From: Polyangiales bacterium | GTDB lineage: Bacteria > Myxococcota_A > Polyangia > Polyangiales > JADJQN01 | DNA length: 64,000 bases | Direction of reading: 5' to 3' | Assembly: GCA_964202905.1 (NCBI GenBank) | Contig: CAXNJO010000001.1 | Coordinates: 96,001-160,000 of the forward strand | In this document: piece after piece, positions 1 to 9,643 of the stretch | How positions within the stretch are numbered: position 1 is the stretch's first letter | How the letters are laid out: every line of letters starts with the position of its first letter | Made by a program: the position numbers and the translations under genes | Notes under the pieces: model-generated | The model's input: the letters and a program-made list of their open reading frames with translations, nothing else | Told to the model about the DNA's origin: nothing | Databases searched by the model: none

Positions 1-1
1 G

Positions 2-673
2 ATGCTGCTCGTGAAGTTCCAGTACGTCGCCGAGGATGCATCCGTCGGCCGCGCCATCTGGATGGCGCTGCACCTCGTCAACACCTTCCTGCTGCTCGCG
101 TGGCTCACGCTCACCGCCTGGCACGCGAGCGGCCAGCCGCACGGCCGCCTGCGCGAGGCGGGCGGGCTCGGCCGCGCGATGTTCGCGGCCCTCGGCGCCG
201 CGCTGGTGGTCGCGACCTTCGGCGCGCAGGCGGCGCTCGCCGACACGCTCTTCCCCGCGACGAGCCTCGCGCACGGGCTCGCGCAGGACCTCGCGCGGGA
301 CGGCCACTTCCTGTTGCGACTCCGCATGTTCCACCCGATCGTCGCGATGGCGCTCGCCGTCTACCTCGTGATCGCCCTGAGCATCGCGAGCGCGCTGCGC
401 CCGACGCCCGCCGTGCGGCGCGCCTCGACGCTCGTGTTCTCGCTGCTCGCCGTGCAGATCGCGCTCGGCTTCGTGAACCTCGCGCTGCTCGCGCCCGTCT
501 GGATGCAGCTCGTGCACCTGCTCAACGCGGACCTGCTGTGGATCTCGCTGGTCGTCCTCACGGCCGCCGCGGTCGCAGCCCCGACGACGACGCCCGCATC
601 CGCCGAGACGACGCCCGCGGCCCCCACGCCGCACCGCGCGCCCGCCGTCGACGCCACCGCGCAGGTCGGCTAG
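2..673 (+). CDS. ctaA: COX15/CtaA family heme A synthase-like membrane protein (5' truncated at window edge)
   Basis: Multi-TM protein with conserved His in helices (ALHLVNTFLL, MFHPIVA, QLVHLLNADLLW) typical of COX15/CtaA. Confidence 0.7.
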   Translation: MLLVKFQYVAEDASVGRAIWMALHLVNTFLLLAWLTLTAWHASGQPHGRLREAGGLGRAMFAALGAALVVATFGAQAALADTLFPATSLAHGLAQDLARDGHFLLRLRMFHPIVAMALAVYLVIALSIASALRPTPAVRRASTLVFSLLAVQIALGFVNLALLAPVWMQLVHLLNADLLWISLVVLTAAAVAAPTTTPASAETTPAAPTPHRAPAVDATAQVG

Positions 674-758
674 GCTCGGCCCGCGCGGGCGGCGCGTGCG
701 GAAGGCGCACGGGACCGCTGCGGCCCGGGGGGACGACGTGCAACGCGATTCTATCTTG

Positions 759-3700
759 ATGTCGAGCACTTACGCTTGCGCTGCGCTCACCGCCGCGCTC
801 CTCGCACTCGGCCTCGCGGCGTGCGGCGAGCCCAAGCCCGACATGCCGACGCCGGACGCAGGCACCGACCTCGGTGGGAGCGACGCGGAGCCCCCGACCT
901 GCACGGCGGACTCGCAATGCGACGACGGGCGCTTCTGCAACGGCATCGAGCGCTGCATGCCGGGCGCGGGCGCCGACGCACGCGGCTGCCGCCCCGACAC
1001 GGTGCCGGCCTGCGGCCCGATGGGCGAGTGCGACGAGGCGGGGGACCGCTGCATGACGCCGTGCCTCGACGAGGACGGCGACGGCGCGGCGAACGCGGCC
1101 TGCGGCGGCACCGACTGCGACGACGCCGACGCCGCGCGCTACCCCGGCAACGCGGAGATCTGCGACGCCGACGGCCACGACGAGGACTGCGACGCGACGA
1201 CCTTCGGCGACCGCGACGCCGACGGCGACGGCGTGTTCTCGGCCGCCTGCTGCAACACGGGCGCGGGGGGCGTGCTCGCCTGCGGCAGCGACTGCCTCGA
1301 TCAGGCGTTGGATGTGCGGCCGGGCGCGACGGAGGCCTGCGACGGCCTCGACAACGACTGCGACGGCATGACCGACGAGCTGCTGCAGGTCGATCTCTAC
1401 GTCGACGCCGACGGCGACCTCCACGGCGACGGCACGCGTCCGCAGCGCGCCTGCCCGGGCACGGCGGGGCTCTCGGCGGTCGGCGACGACTGCGACGACA
1501 CCGCCCCGAGCGTGCACCCCGGCCAGCTCGAGGCCTGCAACACGCGCGACGACGACTGCGACGGCGAGCTCGACGAGGACGCCGTCTCGCTCTCCTGGTA
1601 CCGCGACGCGGACGGCGACGGCTTCGGCAACCCGACCGTCACGCGCAACCGCTGCGATCCGCCACCGGGCATGCCCGCGGGCTCGGCCCCCGGCACCGGC
1701 TGGAGCCTCAACGGCACGGACTGCGACGACACGCAGCGCGAGGTGAACCCCGCCGCGAGCGAGCGCTGCAACGCGATCGACGACAACTGCAACGGCCGCG
1801 CGGACTTCCTCGTCGCGCGGAACGACACCGAGGACGACGACCGCGACGGCGTGCCCGACGACGCCTGCGCGCTCCCCGGCGATCCCGGCGACTGCGACGA
1901 CGCGGACGCGAGCGTCTACCCGAGCGCCGCCGAGCTCGCCGACGGCGTCGACAACGACTGCGACGCGACGCGCGACGAGGCGTGCACGCCGCTCACCTGG
2001 TACGTCGACGCGGACGGCGACGGCTTCGGCGACGACGCGGCGGCGACCACGCTCTCGTGCATGCCGCAGCCGAACCGCACGACGCGCGGCGGCGACTGCG
2101 ACGACGGCGACCCGGCCATCTCCCCGGCTGCGCGCGAGACCTGCAACGCCGTCGACGACGACTGCGACGGCCGCACCGACGAAGGCACGAGCGGCGCCTG
2201 CTACCTGCCGCAGGCCCTCGGCACGTGCAGCCTGGGCGCGTGCGCGCTCGACCTCTGCGAGCGCGGCTACGGCGACTGCGACGGCGAGGCGCGCACCGGC
2301 TGCGAGGCGGATCTGTTCGGAGATCCGAATACTTGCGGCACGTGCGCGACGACCTGCGGCGGCGCCGACCGCGCCTTCCCGGGCTGCCGCGACGGCGCGT
2401 GCACGCTCACCTGCCAGCCGAACTACGACGACTGCGACCGCACCACGACGAACGGCTGCGAGGTCGCGCTGCGCACGGACATCCGGCACTGCGGCGCGTG
2501 CGGGAGCGTCTGTCCGAACGAGCCCAACTCCACGCCGACGTGCACGGACGCGCGCTGCGGCATCGCCTGCGCGACCGGCTACACCGACTGCGACGGCGAC
2601 GCGATGAACGGCTGCGAAGCGCAGGTCGCGCGCGATCCGTCGAACTGCGGCGTCTGCGGCCGCACCTGCGCGGCGGGCACGGAGATCTGCGTCGATGGGC
2701 TCTGCATCGCGCCGCCCCTCGTCGACCCGGCGGCGACGATGCCGTTCGCGCCGACGACCGACACGGTGCTCCCGCCCGGCGTCCACACCTTCTCGTCGAT
2801 CCGCATCCCGGCGGGCGTGCGCGTGACGACGACGGGCAGCGGCATCCTCGATCTGCGCGCGTCGGGCGACGTCGTGATCGCGGGCACCATCGACGTCTCC
2901 GGCTCCGCGGGCGCCAACGTGCCGGCATTCGGCTGCGATGCAATCGGCGGCGGCGGCGGCGCGACGGGCAACCCGCTCGCGCCGGGGGTCGCCACATCGC
3001 CCTGCAATCCGCCGGGCAGCGGCGGGACGGGCGCCGTGGGCGGGACGGGCGCGAATGCCGGCCTCGGCTGCTCCCTCGGCGGCGCGTTCGGCGGCGGCAC
3101 GGGTGGCAGTGCCCGGGCGGGCGGTGGCGGCGGCGGCGGCTACGCCGGCGGCGGCGGTGGGATGAGCTACGCGACCGACCGCGGCGGCGCGGGCGCGAGC
3201 GCCGCGGGCGGGGTCGGCGGCGCAGGCGGCGATCTCGCGGGCGCATCGATGTGCGTCGCGGCCATGCACGGCGCGCAGGGCGGACAGGGCACGGGTGCCT
3301 ACCGCGGCGGCATCGGCGGTTGCGGCGACGGCTTCGGTGGCGCCGGCGGCGCGATCGGCGCCGACGCGGAAGCTGACCCCACGGTCACGACCACCTTCCG
3401 CGCGGGCTCCGGCGGCGGCGGCGCGGGGGGCTCGTACTGCTCCGGGGGCGCGGGCGGCGGCGGCGGCGGTGGCGCCCTGCGCATCGCGTCGACGACGCGC
3501 ATCACCGTCGAAGCGGGCGGCGCGCTCCTCGCCGACGGTGGCCGCGGCGGTGTCCTCGGCGGCGCGCCCGGCGCGGGCGGCGGCTCCGGAGGTGTGATCG
3601 TGCTCGCCTCACCGGCGCTGCGCGTCGACGGCACCCTGCGCGCCATCGGCGGCGCGCCCGGCGCAGCGTCGACCAGCGTGCAGGCGTTCGGCGGCGCGGG

Positions 3701-3842
3701 CGGCCTCGGACGCATCCGCCTCTCGACGCTCGCCGAGGAGTGCGCGATCACGGGCGATGTGCGGCCCCTGCCCGTCGCGGGCTGCGCCGCCACCGCGACG
3801 CCCGTCGCCGAGCGCGTCTACGTCGGCCGCTACCCGAACTGA
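759..3842 (+). CDS. Large Cys-rich lipoprotein: MopE-like putative metal-binding repeats, Cys-rich DPxNCGxC repeats, C-terminal glycine-rich domain
   Basis: ATG 759 gives signal peptide with lipobox LAAC; repeated DCDDxxxxxxPGxxExCD/NxxDDDCDG; DPNTCGTC/DPSNCGVC repeats; GGGGG-rich C-terminus. Confidence 0.8.
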   Translation: MSSTYACAALTAALLALGLAACGEPKPDMPTPDAGTDLGGSDAEPPTCTADSQCDDGRFCNGIERCMPGAGADARGCRPDTVPACGPMGECDEAGDRCMTPCLDEDGDGAANAACGGTDCDDADAARYPGNAEICDADGHDEDCDATTFGDRDADGDGVFSAACCNTGAGGVLACGSDCLDQALDVRPGATEACDGLDNDCDGMTDELLQVDLYVDADGDLHGDGTRPQRACPGTAGLSAVGDDCDDTAPSVHPGQLEACNTRDDDCDGELDEDAVSLSWYRDADGDGFGNPTVTRNRCDPPPGMPAGSAPGTGWSLNGTDCDDTQREVNPAASERCNAIDDNCNGRADFLVARNDTEDDDRDGVPDDACALPGDPGDCDDADASVYPSAAELADGVDNDCDATRDEACTPLTWYVDADGDGFGDDAAATTLSCMPQPNRTTRGGDCDDGDPAISPAARETCNAVDDDCDGRTDEGTSGACYLPQALGTCSLGACALDLCERGYGDCDGEARTGCEADLFGDPNTCGTCATTCGGADRAFPGCRDGACTLTCQPNYDDCDRTTTNGCEVALRTDIRHCGACGSVCPNEPNSTPTCTDARCGIACATGYTDCDGDAMNGCEAQVARDPSNCGVCGRTCAAGTEICVDGLCIAPPLVDPAATMPFAPTTDTVLPPGVHTFSSIRIPAGVRVTTTGSGILDLRASGDVVIAGTIDVSGSAGANVPAFGCDAIGGGGGATGNPLAPGVATSPCNPPGSGGTGAVGGTGANAGLGCSLGGAFGGGTGGSARAGGGGGGGYAGGGGGMSYATDRGGAGASAAGGVGGAGGDLAGASMCVAAMHGAQGGQGTGAYRGGIGGCGDGFGGAGGAIGADAEADPTVTTTFRAGSGGGGAGGSYCSGGAGGGGGGGALRIASTTRITVEAGGALLADGGRGGVLGGAPGAGGGSGGVIVLASPALRVDGTLRAIGGAPGAASTSVQAFGGAGGLGRIRLSTLAEECAITGDVRPLPVAGCAATATPVAERVYVGRYPN

Positions 3843-3907
3843 GACCCGGACCCACCACGACGAACGCGCGCGGCTCCTCCCGCCGCGCCGCGTCCGTCGG
3901 GTCGCGC

Positions 3908-4630
3908 TCAGCGCCGGCGCGAGAGCAGCCGCAGCACGTACCAGAGCAGCGTCGCGAACGACGCGAACAGCTGCAGCGCCGCGAGCACGTAGTGCCGCTC
4001 CGAGTAGCGCAGCAGGATGTTCGAGGTGTCGTAGAGGATGTAGCCGCCCGCGAGCACGAGCATCGCCCAGAAGAAGAGCGTGCCGACGCTGAAGCCGGCG
4101 AACATCGCCACGACGCCGAAGAGCACCGCCGCGATCGAGCCGAAGATCAGCGCGCTCCGCAGGAACGAGAAGTCCTTCCGCGAGACGAAGACGATCGCCG
4201 TGAGGATGCTGAAGAGCGCGACGGTGAAGAAGAGCGCCTTCGGCAGGATCCACGTGTCGCCCTGGGCCGTGAGCATCACCGCCATCGCGATGAGCGGGAT
4301 GAAGACGAGCGACTCCGCGAACACGAAGCCGCCGAGCGCCGCGAGCTGCAGCGGTCGGCTCTCGCTCGAGGCCGCGACGTGCTGCGCGCCCCAGTGCACC
4401 GCCATCAGGCCGAGCATCACGGCGAGCCAGCCGAAGCGCCCCGCCGAGCCGACGAGCGAGAGCAGCGTCGAGGCGATCGGCGTGACGAACCACAGCGTCT
4501 CGAGCGCGAGGAACGCGAAAATCGACGCGAGCAGCAGCCCGTACGTCTTCATCAGGAACGCGCTCCGCGTCGACTCGCTCGCGCCCCAGACCGCGCCCGG
4601 CTGCGGCGCCCCATTCTCGAATCCCAGCAT
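3908..4630 (-). CDS. Bax inhibitor-1/YccA family membrane protein
   Basis: AAAGGAG SD before ATG 4630; ~7 TM helices; KDFSFL, YILYDTSNI, AALQLF motifs. Confidence 0.9.
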   Translation of the reverse strand: MLGFENGAPQPGAVWGASESTRSAFLMKTYGLLLASIFAFLALETLWFVTPIASTLLSLVGSAGRFGWLAVMLGLMAVHWGAQHVAASSESRPLQLAALGGFVFAESLVFIPLIAMAVMLTAQGDTWILPKALFFTVALFSILTAIVFVSRKDFSFLRSALIFGSIAAVLFGVVAMFAGFSVGTLFFWAMLVLAGGYILYDTSNILLRYSERHYVLAALQLFASFATLLWYVLRLLSRRR

Positions 4631-4695
4631 GGATGACTCCTTTCGTCGTGGTGACCGCGGCGACGCTATCACGCCGCCCGCGGCGCGCGGCGCCC

Positions 4696-5172
4696 TCAGC
4701 CCCGCGCGATCGCGCCCGTCGTCGCGCCCGTCGCGCGCAGATAGTCCGCGGGCGCGACGAGCAGCTGCACGCCACGCAGCCCCGCCGACACGCTCACCAC
4801 ATCGTGCACCGCCATCCACTCGTCGACGTAGACGGGGTACGCACGCTTCGCGGCGAGCGCCGTCACGCCGCCGCGCACATAGCCCGTGAGCGGCGTGACG
4901 TCCTTGAGCGGCACGAGCTCCGCGCTCTTCCAGCCGGCGAGCCGCGCGAGCGCCTTGAGGTCGAGCTCGGCGCCGCCCGCGATCACCGCGAAGGCGACGT
5001 CACCGCGCTCGCCGCGCACGCAGAGCGTCTTCCACACCTGCTCGAGCGGGAAGCCGATCTTCGCGGCCACCGTGGGCGCGCTGAGATCCTCCGGATCGAC
5101 CTCGTACTCGCGCACCTCGTAGGCGATGCCGAGCGCGTCGAGCGCGCGGGCGGCGTTGGTCTTCGTCGTCAT
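4696..5172 (-). CDS. ybaK: Cys-tRNA(Pro) deacylase, YbaK/EbsC family
   Basis: KTNAARALD, QVWKTL, LTGYVRGGVT, VSAGLRG motifs. Confidence 0.92.
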   Translation of the reverse strand: MTTKTNAARALDALGIAYEVREYEVDPEDLSAPTVAAKIGFPLEQVWKTLCVRGERGDVAFAVIAGGAELDLKALARLAGWKSAELVPLKDVTPLTGYVRGGVTALAAKRAYPVYVDEWMAVHDVVSVSAGLRGVQLLVAPADYLRATGATTGAIARG

Positions 5173-5262
5173 CGGCGGCCGGGGCGCAGGGGTCTGGGTC
5201 CGCTGCGGCGCGCTGTTCTACGCGCAGCGCGCGAGGCCGTCACGCGGGGTCGATCAGCCAAC

Positions 5263-5288
5263 CATGCATCGATGCGCATGGATGCATG
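5263..5288. promoter_or_regulatory. 26-bp near-perfect palindrome in the divergent ybaK/mpl intergenic region (candidate operator)
   Basis: CATGCATC-G-ATGCGCAT-G-GATGCATG; related copy at 25771-25794. Confidence 0.45.
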
Positions 5289-5380
5289 ATCGCGCGGCGC
5301 CGTGTGCCGCTGCGACGCGCCGCAGCCTGCGCTCTCCCTGTTTCTGGACCCGGATCGGGCCGCGCGTAGGCTCGCCCGCG

Positions 5381-6832
5381 ATGCACGTACACCTGATCGG
5401 GGTCGCCGGGACGGGGATGGGCGCGCTCGCGGGATTGCTCCGCAAAGCGGGCCACCGCGTGACCGGCTCGGACACGGCCTTCTACCCGCCCATCGGCCCC
5501 GCGCTCGCGTCGTGGGGCGTCGAGACGCGCGAGGGCTTCTCGGCCGCGCACCTCGAGCTGCGCCCCGATCTCGTCGTCGTCGGCAACGTCTGCCGCAAGG
5601 AAAACCCCGAGGCGCGCGCCGCGATCGACGGCGGGCTCCCATACACGTCGATGCCCGGCGCGATCGAGACGCTCTTCCTCGCGGAGAGCCCGGGCTTCGT
5701 CGTCGCGGGCACGCACGGCAAGACGACGACCACGACGCTGCTCGCCTGGCTGCTGCACGAGGCGGGCAAGGATCCGGGCTTCCTCGTCGGCGGCATCCCG
5801 CGCGACTTCGGCGAGAGCTTCCGCCTCGGCGCACCGGGCGCGCCCTTCGTGATCGAGGGCGACGAGTACGACAGCGCCTTCTTCGAGAAGACGCCCAAGT
5901 TCTGGCGCTACAAGCCGCACGCCGCGATCCTCACCTCGATCGAGCACGACCACGTCGACATCTACCCGACGATGGCGTCGTACCGCGCGGCCTTCGTCGA
6001 GTTCGTGCGGCGCATCCCGCCCGAGGGCCTGCTCGTCGCGTGGGCGGGCGACCCGGAGGTGCGCGCCATCGCGAAGGAGGCGCGCTGCAACGTGCGTTTC
6101 TACGCGCTCGCGGGCGACGACTGCGGCGACGTCGTGCCCGTCTGGTCGGCCGCGCCCGCGCCCGCCGCGCAGGGCACGCAGCCCTTCGATCTCTTCTTCG
6201 GCGGCAGCGCCTGCGGCCGCGTGATGTCGCCGCTGCCCGGCCTGCACAACGTGCGCAACACCGTCGCCGCGATCGCGCTCGCGACGGAGGGCGCGGGCGT
6301 CGGCGTGCAGGCGCTCACGCGCTCCTTGCCGCGCTTCGGCGGCATCAAGCGCCGCCAGGAATTGCGCGGCACCGCCGACGGCGTGCACGTCTACGACGAC
6401 TTCGCGCACCACCCGACGGCCGTGCGCGAGACGATCGCGGCGCTCCGCGCGAAGCACCCCGAGTCGCGCCTCGTCGCGACGTTCGAGCCGCGCAGCGCGA
6501 CGGCCTCGCGCAAGACGCACCAGGACGAGTACCCGGGCGCCTTCCTCGCGGCCGATCACACCGTGCTCGCGCCCGTCGGTCGCGCGGAGATCGCGGCCGA
6601 GCAGCGCCTCGACGTCGCGGAGATCGCCGCGCAGATCCGCGCGCACGGCGGCGCGGCGGCGACCCCCGCGGACCTCGACGGCGTCGTGCGCGCCTGCGTG
6701 GAGGCGGCGCGCCCCGGCGACGTGATCCTCGTCATGTCGAACGGCGCGTTCGGCGGCATCCACGACAAGCTGCTCGTCGCGCTCGCCGATCGCGTGATCG
6801 CCGCGCGGCTCGGCGGCGCGGCGCCGGCGTGA
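5381..6832 (+). CDS. mpl: UDP-N-acetylmuramate:L-Ala-gamma-D-Glu-mDAP ligase (murein peptide ligase)
   Basis: HLIGVAGTGMG, GSDxxFYPP, AGTHGKTTT, IEGDEYDSAFF, DDFAHHPTA, FEPRS, MSNGAFGGIH. Confidence 0.92.
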   Translation: MHVHLIGVAGTGMGALAGLLRKAGHRVTGSDTAFYPPIGPALASWGVETREGFSAAHLELRPDLVVVGNVCRKENPEARAAIDGGLPYTSMPGAIETLFLAESPGFVVAGTHGKTTTTTLLAWLLHEAGKDPGFLVGGIPRDFGESFRLGAPGAPFVIEGDEYDSAFFEKTPKFWRYKPHAAILTSIEHDHVDIYPTMASYRAAFVEFVRRIPPEGLLVAWAGDPEVRAIAKEARCNVRFYALAGDDCGDVVPVWSAAPAPAAQGTQPFDLFFGGSACGRVMSPLPGLHNVRNTVAAIALATEGAGVGVQALTRSLPRFGGIKRRQELRGTADGVHVYDDFAHHPTAVRETIAALRAKHPESRLVATFEPRSATASRKTHQDEYPGAFLAADHTVLAPVGRAEIAAEQRLDVAEIAAQIRAHGGAAATPADLDGVVRACVEAARPGDVILVMSNGAFGGIHDKLLVALADRVIAARLGGAAPA

Positions 6833-6851
6833 TGCGCCGACCCCCGCACGA

Positions 6852-7700
6852 ATGAACGGTGATTCAGTGACGCCCGATCCACGCGCGCTCGCGGAGATCC
6901 GCGACACGGCGTGCGCCCTCGCGCTCGAGGCGGGCGCGCTGCTGCGCGAGGGCTGGCGCCGTGCGCCCCGCGTCACGAAGAAGGGCGCGATCGACCTCGT
7001 CACCGAGTTCGATCTGCGCAGCGAGGCGCTGCTCCGCGAGCGGCTCGCGCGCACGTTTCCGGAGCACGCCGTCGTCGCCGAGGAGGGCGCCGCGCGCGAC
7101 ACGCACGACGCGCGGCCGACCTGGTACGTCGACCCGATCGACGGCACGACGAACTTCGCGCACGGGCACTTCTTCTTCGCCGTGTCGCTCGGCCTCGTCG
7201 TCGACGGCGCGCCCGTCGTCGGCGTCGTGCACGCGCCCGCGCTCGGCACGACGTGGCTCGGCGCGGTGGGCGCAGGCGCGGTGCGCCGCGGGCCCGACGG
7301 TGTCGACGTGCCCTGCGTGACGAGCACCGTCGCAGCCCTCGACGACGCGCTGCTCGCGACGGGCTTCCCCTACGATCGGCGCACGAGCCCGGAGAACAAC
7401 CTGCGCGAGTTCGCGGCGCTCAAGCTGCGCGCGCAGGGGATCCGGCGCTGCGGCGCGGCGTCGCTCGATCTCTGCCTCGTCGCGGACGGCACCTACGACG
7501 GCTACTGGGAGCAGAAGCTCGCGCCCTGGGATCTCGCCGGCGGCACCGCCCTGCTCCGCGCCGCGGGCGGCCGCGCGACGGGCTACCTCGGCGAGCCGCT
7601 CGATCTGCGCGCGGGCCGCGTGGTCGCGACGAACGGCCCGCTCCACGACGCGCTCGTCGCGGCGCTCGCCGAGGCCCGCGCGCCCATGTCGGAGAGGTGA
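6852..7700 (+). CDS. suhB: Inositol monophosphatase family protein (SuhB-like)
   Basis: DLVTEFD, AEEG, WYVDPIDGTTNFAHG, ATGFPYD, PWDLAGG. Confidence 0.85.
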   Translation: MNGDSVTPDPRALAEIRDTACALALEAGALLREGWRRAPRVTKKGAIDLVTEFDLRSEALLRERLARTFPEHAVVAEEGAARDTHDARPTWYVDPIDGTTNFAHGHFFFAVSLGLVVDGAPVVGVVHAPALGTTWLGAVGAGAVRRGPDGVDVPCVTSTVAALDDALLATGFPYDRRTSPENNLREFAALKLRAQGIRRCGAASLDLCLVADGTYDGYWEQKLAPWDLAGGTALLRAAGGRATGYLGEPLDLRAGRVVATNGPLHDALVAALAEARAPMSER

Positions 7701-7724
7701 CGGGCGCGCGGCACCTCGGCTACC

Positions 7725-9596
7725 GTGCGGCGCGTGACGACCTCCGCGACCGATCCCTCGAAGCCCGCCGCCCACGGAACCGCCGGAAAAACCTGGCTCC
7801 CCGCGATCGGCACGTGGAAGTACCACCTGCTGCTCGGGAGCATCGGCATCCTGGTCCTCGGGCCGCTCGGCGGGGTCACGGCCTCGTACATGAACTTCTC
7901 GCTCGGCTTCTTCGTCGGCGGGCAGGTGCTCGCCGGCATCCTCGGCTCGAGCGTCACGTACGGCTACGGCGCCGAGGGCAAGCACGGCGCGAACTTCATG
8001 CAGACGGCCGCGGCGTCGGTCGCCGGCATGAGCGGCATGGCCGTGCTGATCCAGGCGATGGTGTGGCTCGGCCTCCCGCAGCCGCCCGCGTGGCAGCTCG
8101 TGCTCTACCTGCTCTGCATCGGCATGTTCGGTGTCGGCGTCGGCATGCTCTACACGCCGATCCTCGTCGATCGGCTGCAGCTCACCTTCCCCTCCGGCCT
8201 CGCGGTCGCGAACATCCTGCGCGCGCTCACGGACAAGCGCCTGCTGCGCCAGTCCATCGCGAAGCTCGGCGGCGGCACGCTGCTCGGCGTCGGCGGCGGG
8301 CTCGCGGCGAACTTCGTGCCCTTCCTCGGCGCGATCGAGCTGAGCACGTCGACGCTCGGCGCCGGCATGATCGTCGGCGCGCGCATCGGGATCCCGGCCA
8401 TCGTCGGCGGCCTCGTCGCGAGCGGGCTCAAGCCGTACTTCGTCTCGATCGGCTGGCTCGCGGCCGACCAGCCCTTCCGCAAGATCACCTTCCTGATCGC
8501 GCTCGGCATGATCATGGGCGCGGCGGTCGTCGACCTCGCGATCATCTTCTGGAAGGCCGCGCAGCGCATCCGCGAGAAGTCGTCGGGCGCCGGCGCGTCC
8601 GCGGCCGTGCCGGAGGGCGAAGCGTGGAAGCGCACGAGCACCGGGCGCCTCATCGCGTGGGTCGTGTTCTGGGGCGCGGGCGTCGCGGTCGTCGGCTCGT
8701 CGATCCTGCACGTGCCGCTCGGCTTCGTGCTCTTCGCGCTCGCGCTCGTCTTCGTCTTCGCGCTGATCAACGGCATCTCGCTCGGCATCTCCGACTCGAA
8801 CCCGATCTCGTCGGCCTTCGTCGTCACCGTCGTGCTGATGGGCGCGCTCGGCCTGCGCGACGCAGGCGTCGGCCTGATGGCGGGCGCGATCCTGCTGGTC
8901 TCGACGAGCGTCGCCTGCGACATGCAGCAGGACCGCTCGACCGGCTGGCGCCTCGGCACCGACCGCACGCTGCAGTTCCGCTACCAGACGCTCGGGATCG
9001 TCGTCGGCGCGCTCCTCGCGGTCGGTTTCGCGAAGGTGTTCATGCAGGCCTATCCCGACCTCACGCTCGACCAGACGGTGCTCAGCGAGGACCAGCAGCC
9101 CAAGCAGTGGGGCGCCGCGATGACCTACAAGTTCGTCGGCGCGCTGCGCAGCCTCACGCAGGACGCGTCGCACCTGCGCAACGCGATCTGGATCGGCGTC
9201 GGCATCGGCTTCGTCACCGAACTGCTCCGCAAGGTCATCAAGTCGGCCGCGGCGTGGAAGCGCTTCGCCGAGAGCGGGCGCGTGGGCTACTCGGTCGACT
9301 TCGTGCTCGACGCGGTCGTGCTGCCGAGCCCGTACGCGTCGTCGTTCGGCGGGTTCGTCGGCCTGCCCACCTCGCTCTGGTTCGGCGCGGGCGGCATCTT
9401 CTCGAGCGTGCTCGCCTCGCTGCCGACCGCGAAGCCCGCTCCCGCGAAGGAGCCGCCCGCCGAGCACGGCGACGAGCTGCCCGAGGACATGAGCACCACC
9501 TCGCTGGTCGGTGGCGGCCTGCTCGCGGGCGACTCGCTCGCCGCGCTCGCGCTCGGCATCTTCGGCCTCGTCGCGACGCTGCTCGGCGGACACTGA
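7725..9596 (+). CDS. OPT/YSL family oligopeptide transporter
   Basis: Many TM helices; ANFMQTAAAS, LTFPSGLAVA, SDSNPISS, DMQQDRSTGWRLG, GGLLAGDSL motifs. Confidence 0.85.
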   Translation: MRRVTTSATDPSKPAAHGTAGKTWLPAIGTWKYHLLLGSIGILVLGPLGGVTASYMNFSLGFFVGGQVLAGILGSSVTYGYGAEGKHGANFMQTAAASVAGMSGMAVLIQAMVWLGLPQPPAWQLVLYLLCIGMFGVGVGMLYTPILVDRLQLTFPSGLAVANILRALTDKRLLRQSIAKLGGGTLLGVGGGLAANFVPFLGAIELSTSTLGAGMIVGARIGIPAIVGGLVASGLKPYFVSIGWLAADQPFRKITFLIALGMIMGAAVVDLAIIFWKAAQRIREKSSGAGASAAVPEGEAWKRTSTGRLIAWVVFWGAGVAVVGSSILHVPLGFVLFALALVFVFALINGISLGISDSNPISSAFVVTVVLMGALGLRDAGVGLMAGAILLVSTSVACDMQQDRSTGWRLGTDRTLQFRYQTLGIVVGALLAVGFAKVFMQAYPDLTLDQTVLSEDQQPKQWGAAMTYKFVGALRSLTQDASHLRNAIWIGVGIGFVTELLRKVIKSAAAWKRFAESGRVGYSVDFVLDAVVLPSPYASSFGGFVGLPTSLWFGAGGIFSSVLASLPTAKPAPAKEPPAEHGDELPEDMSTTSLVGGGLLAGDSLAALALGIFGLVATLLGGH

Positions 9597-9605
9597 GCGC
9601 CCACG

Positions 9606-9630
9606 GACAGCCAGCCGGCTGGCTGTCTCG
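9606..9630. repeat. Perfect 22-bp palindrome (REP-like or terminator) between convergent genes; inverted near-copy at 11679-11697
   Basis: GACAGCCAGCCGGCTGGCTGTC is its own reverse complement; 18/19 match to the reverse complement of 11679-11697. Confidence 0.65.
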
Positions 9631-9643
9631 GAAACCCCAGAAT

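Noticed and set aside
1080..2200. Regularly recurring GACTGCGACG motifs resembling a CRISPR-like array (also 47000-49200)
   Set aside because: They are codons for DCD in MopE-like protein repeats, with irregular spacing and no cas genes
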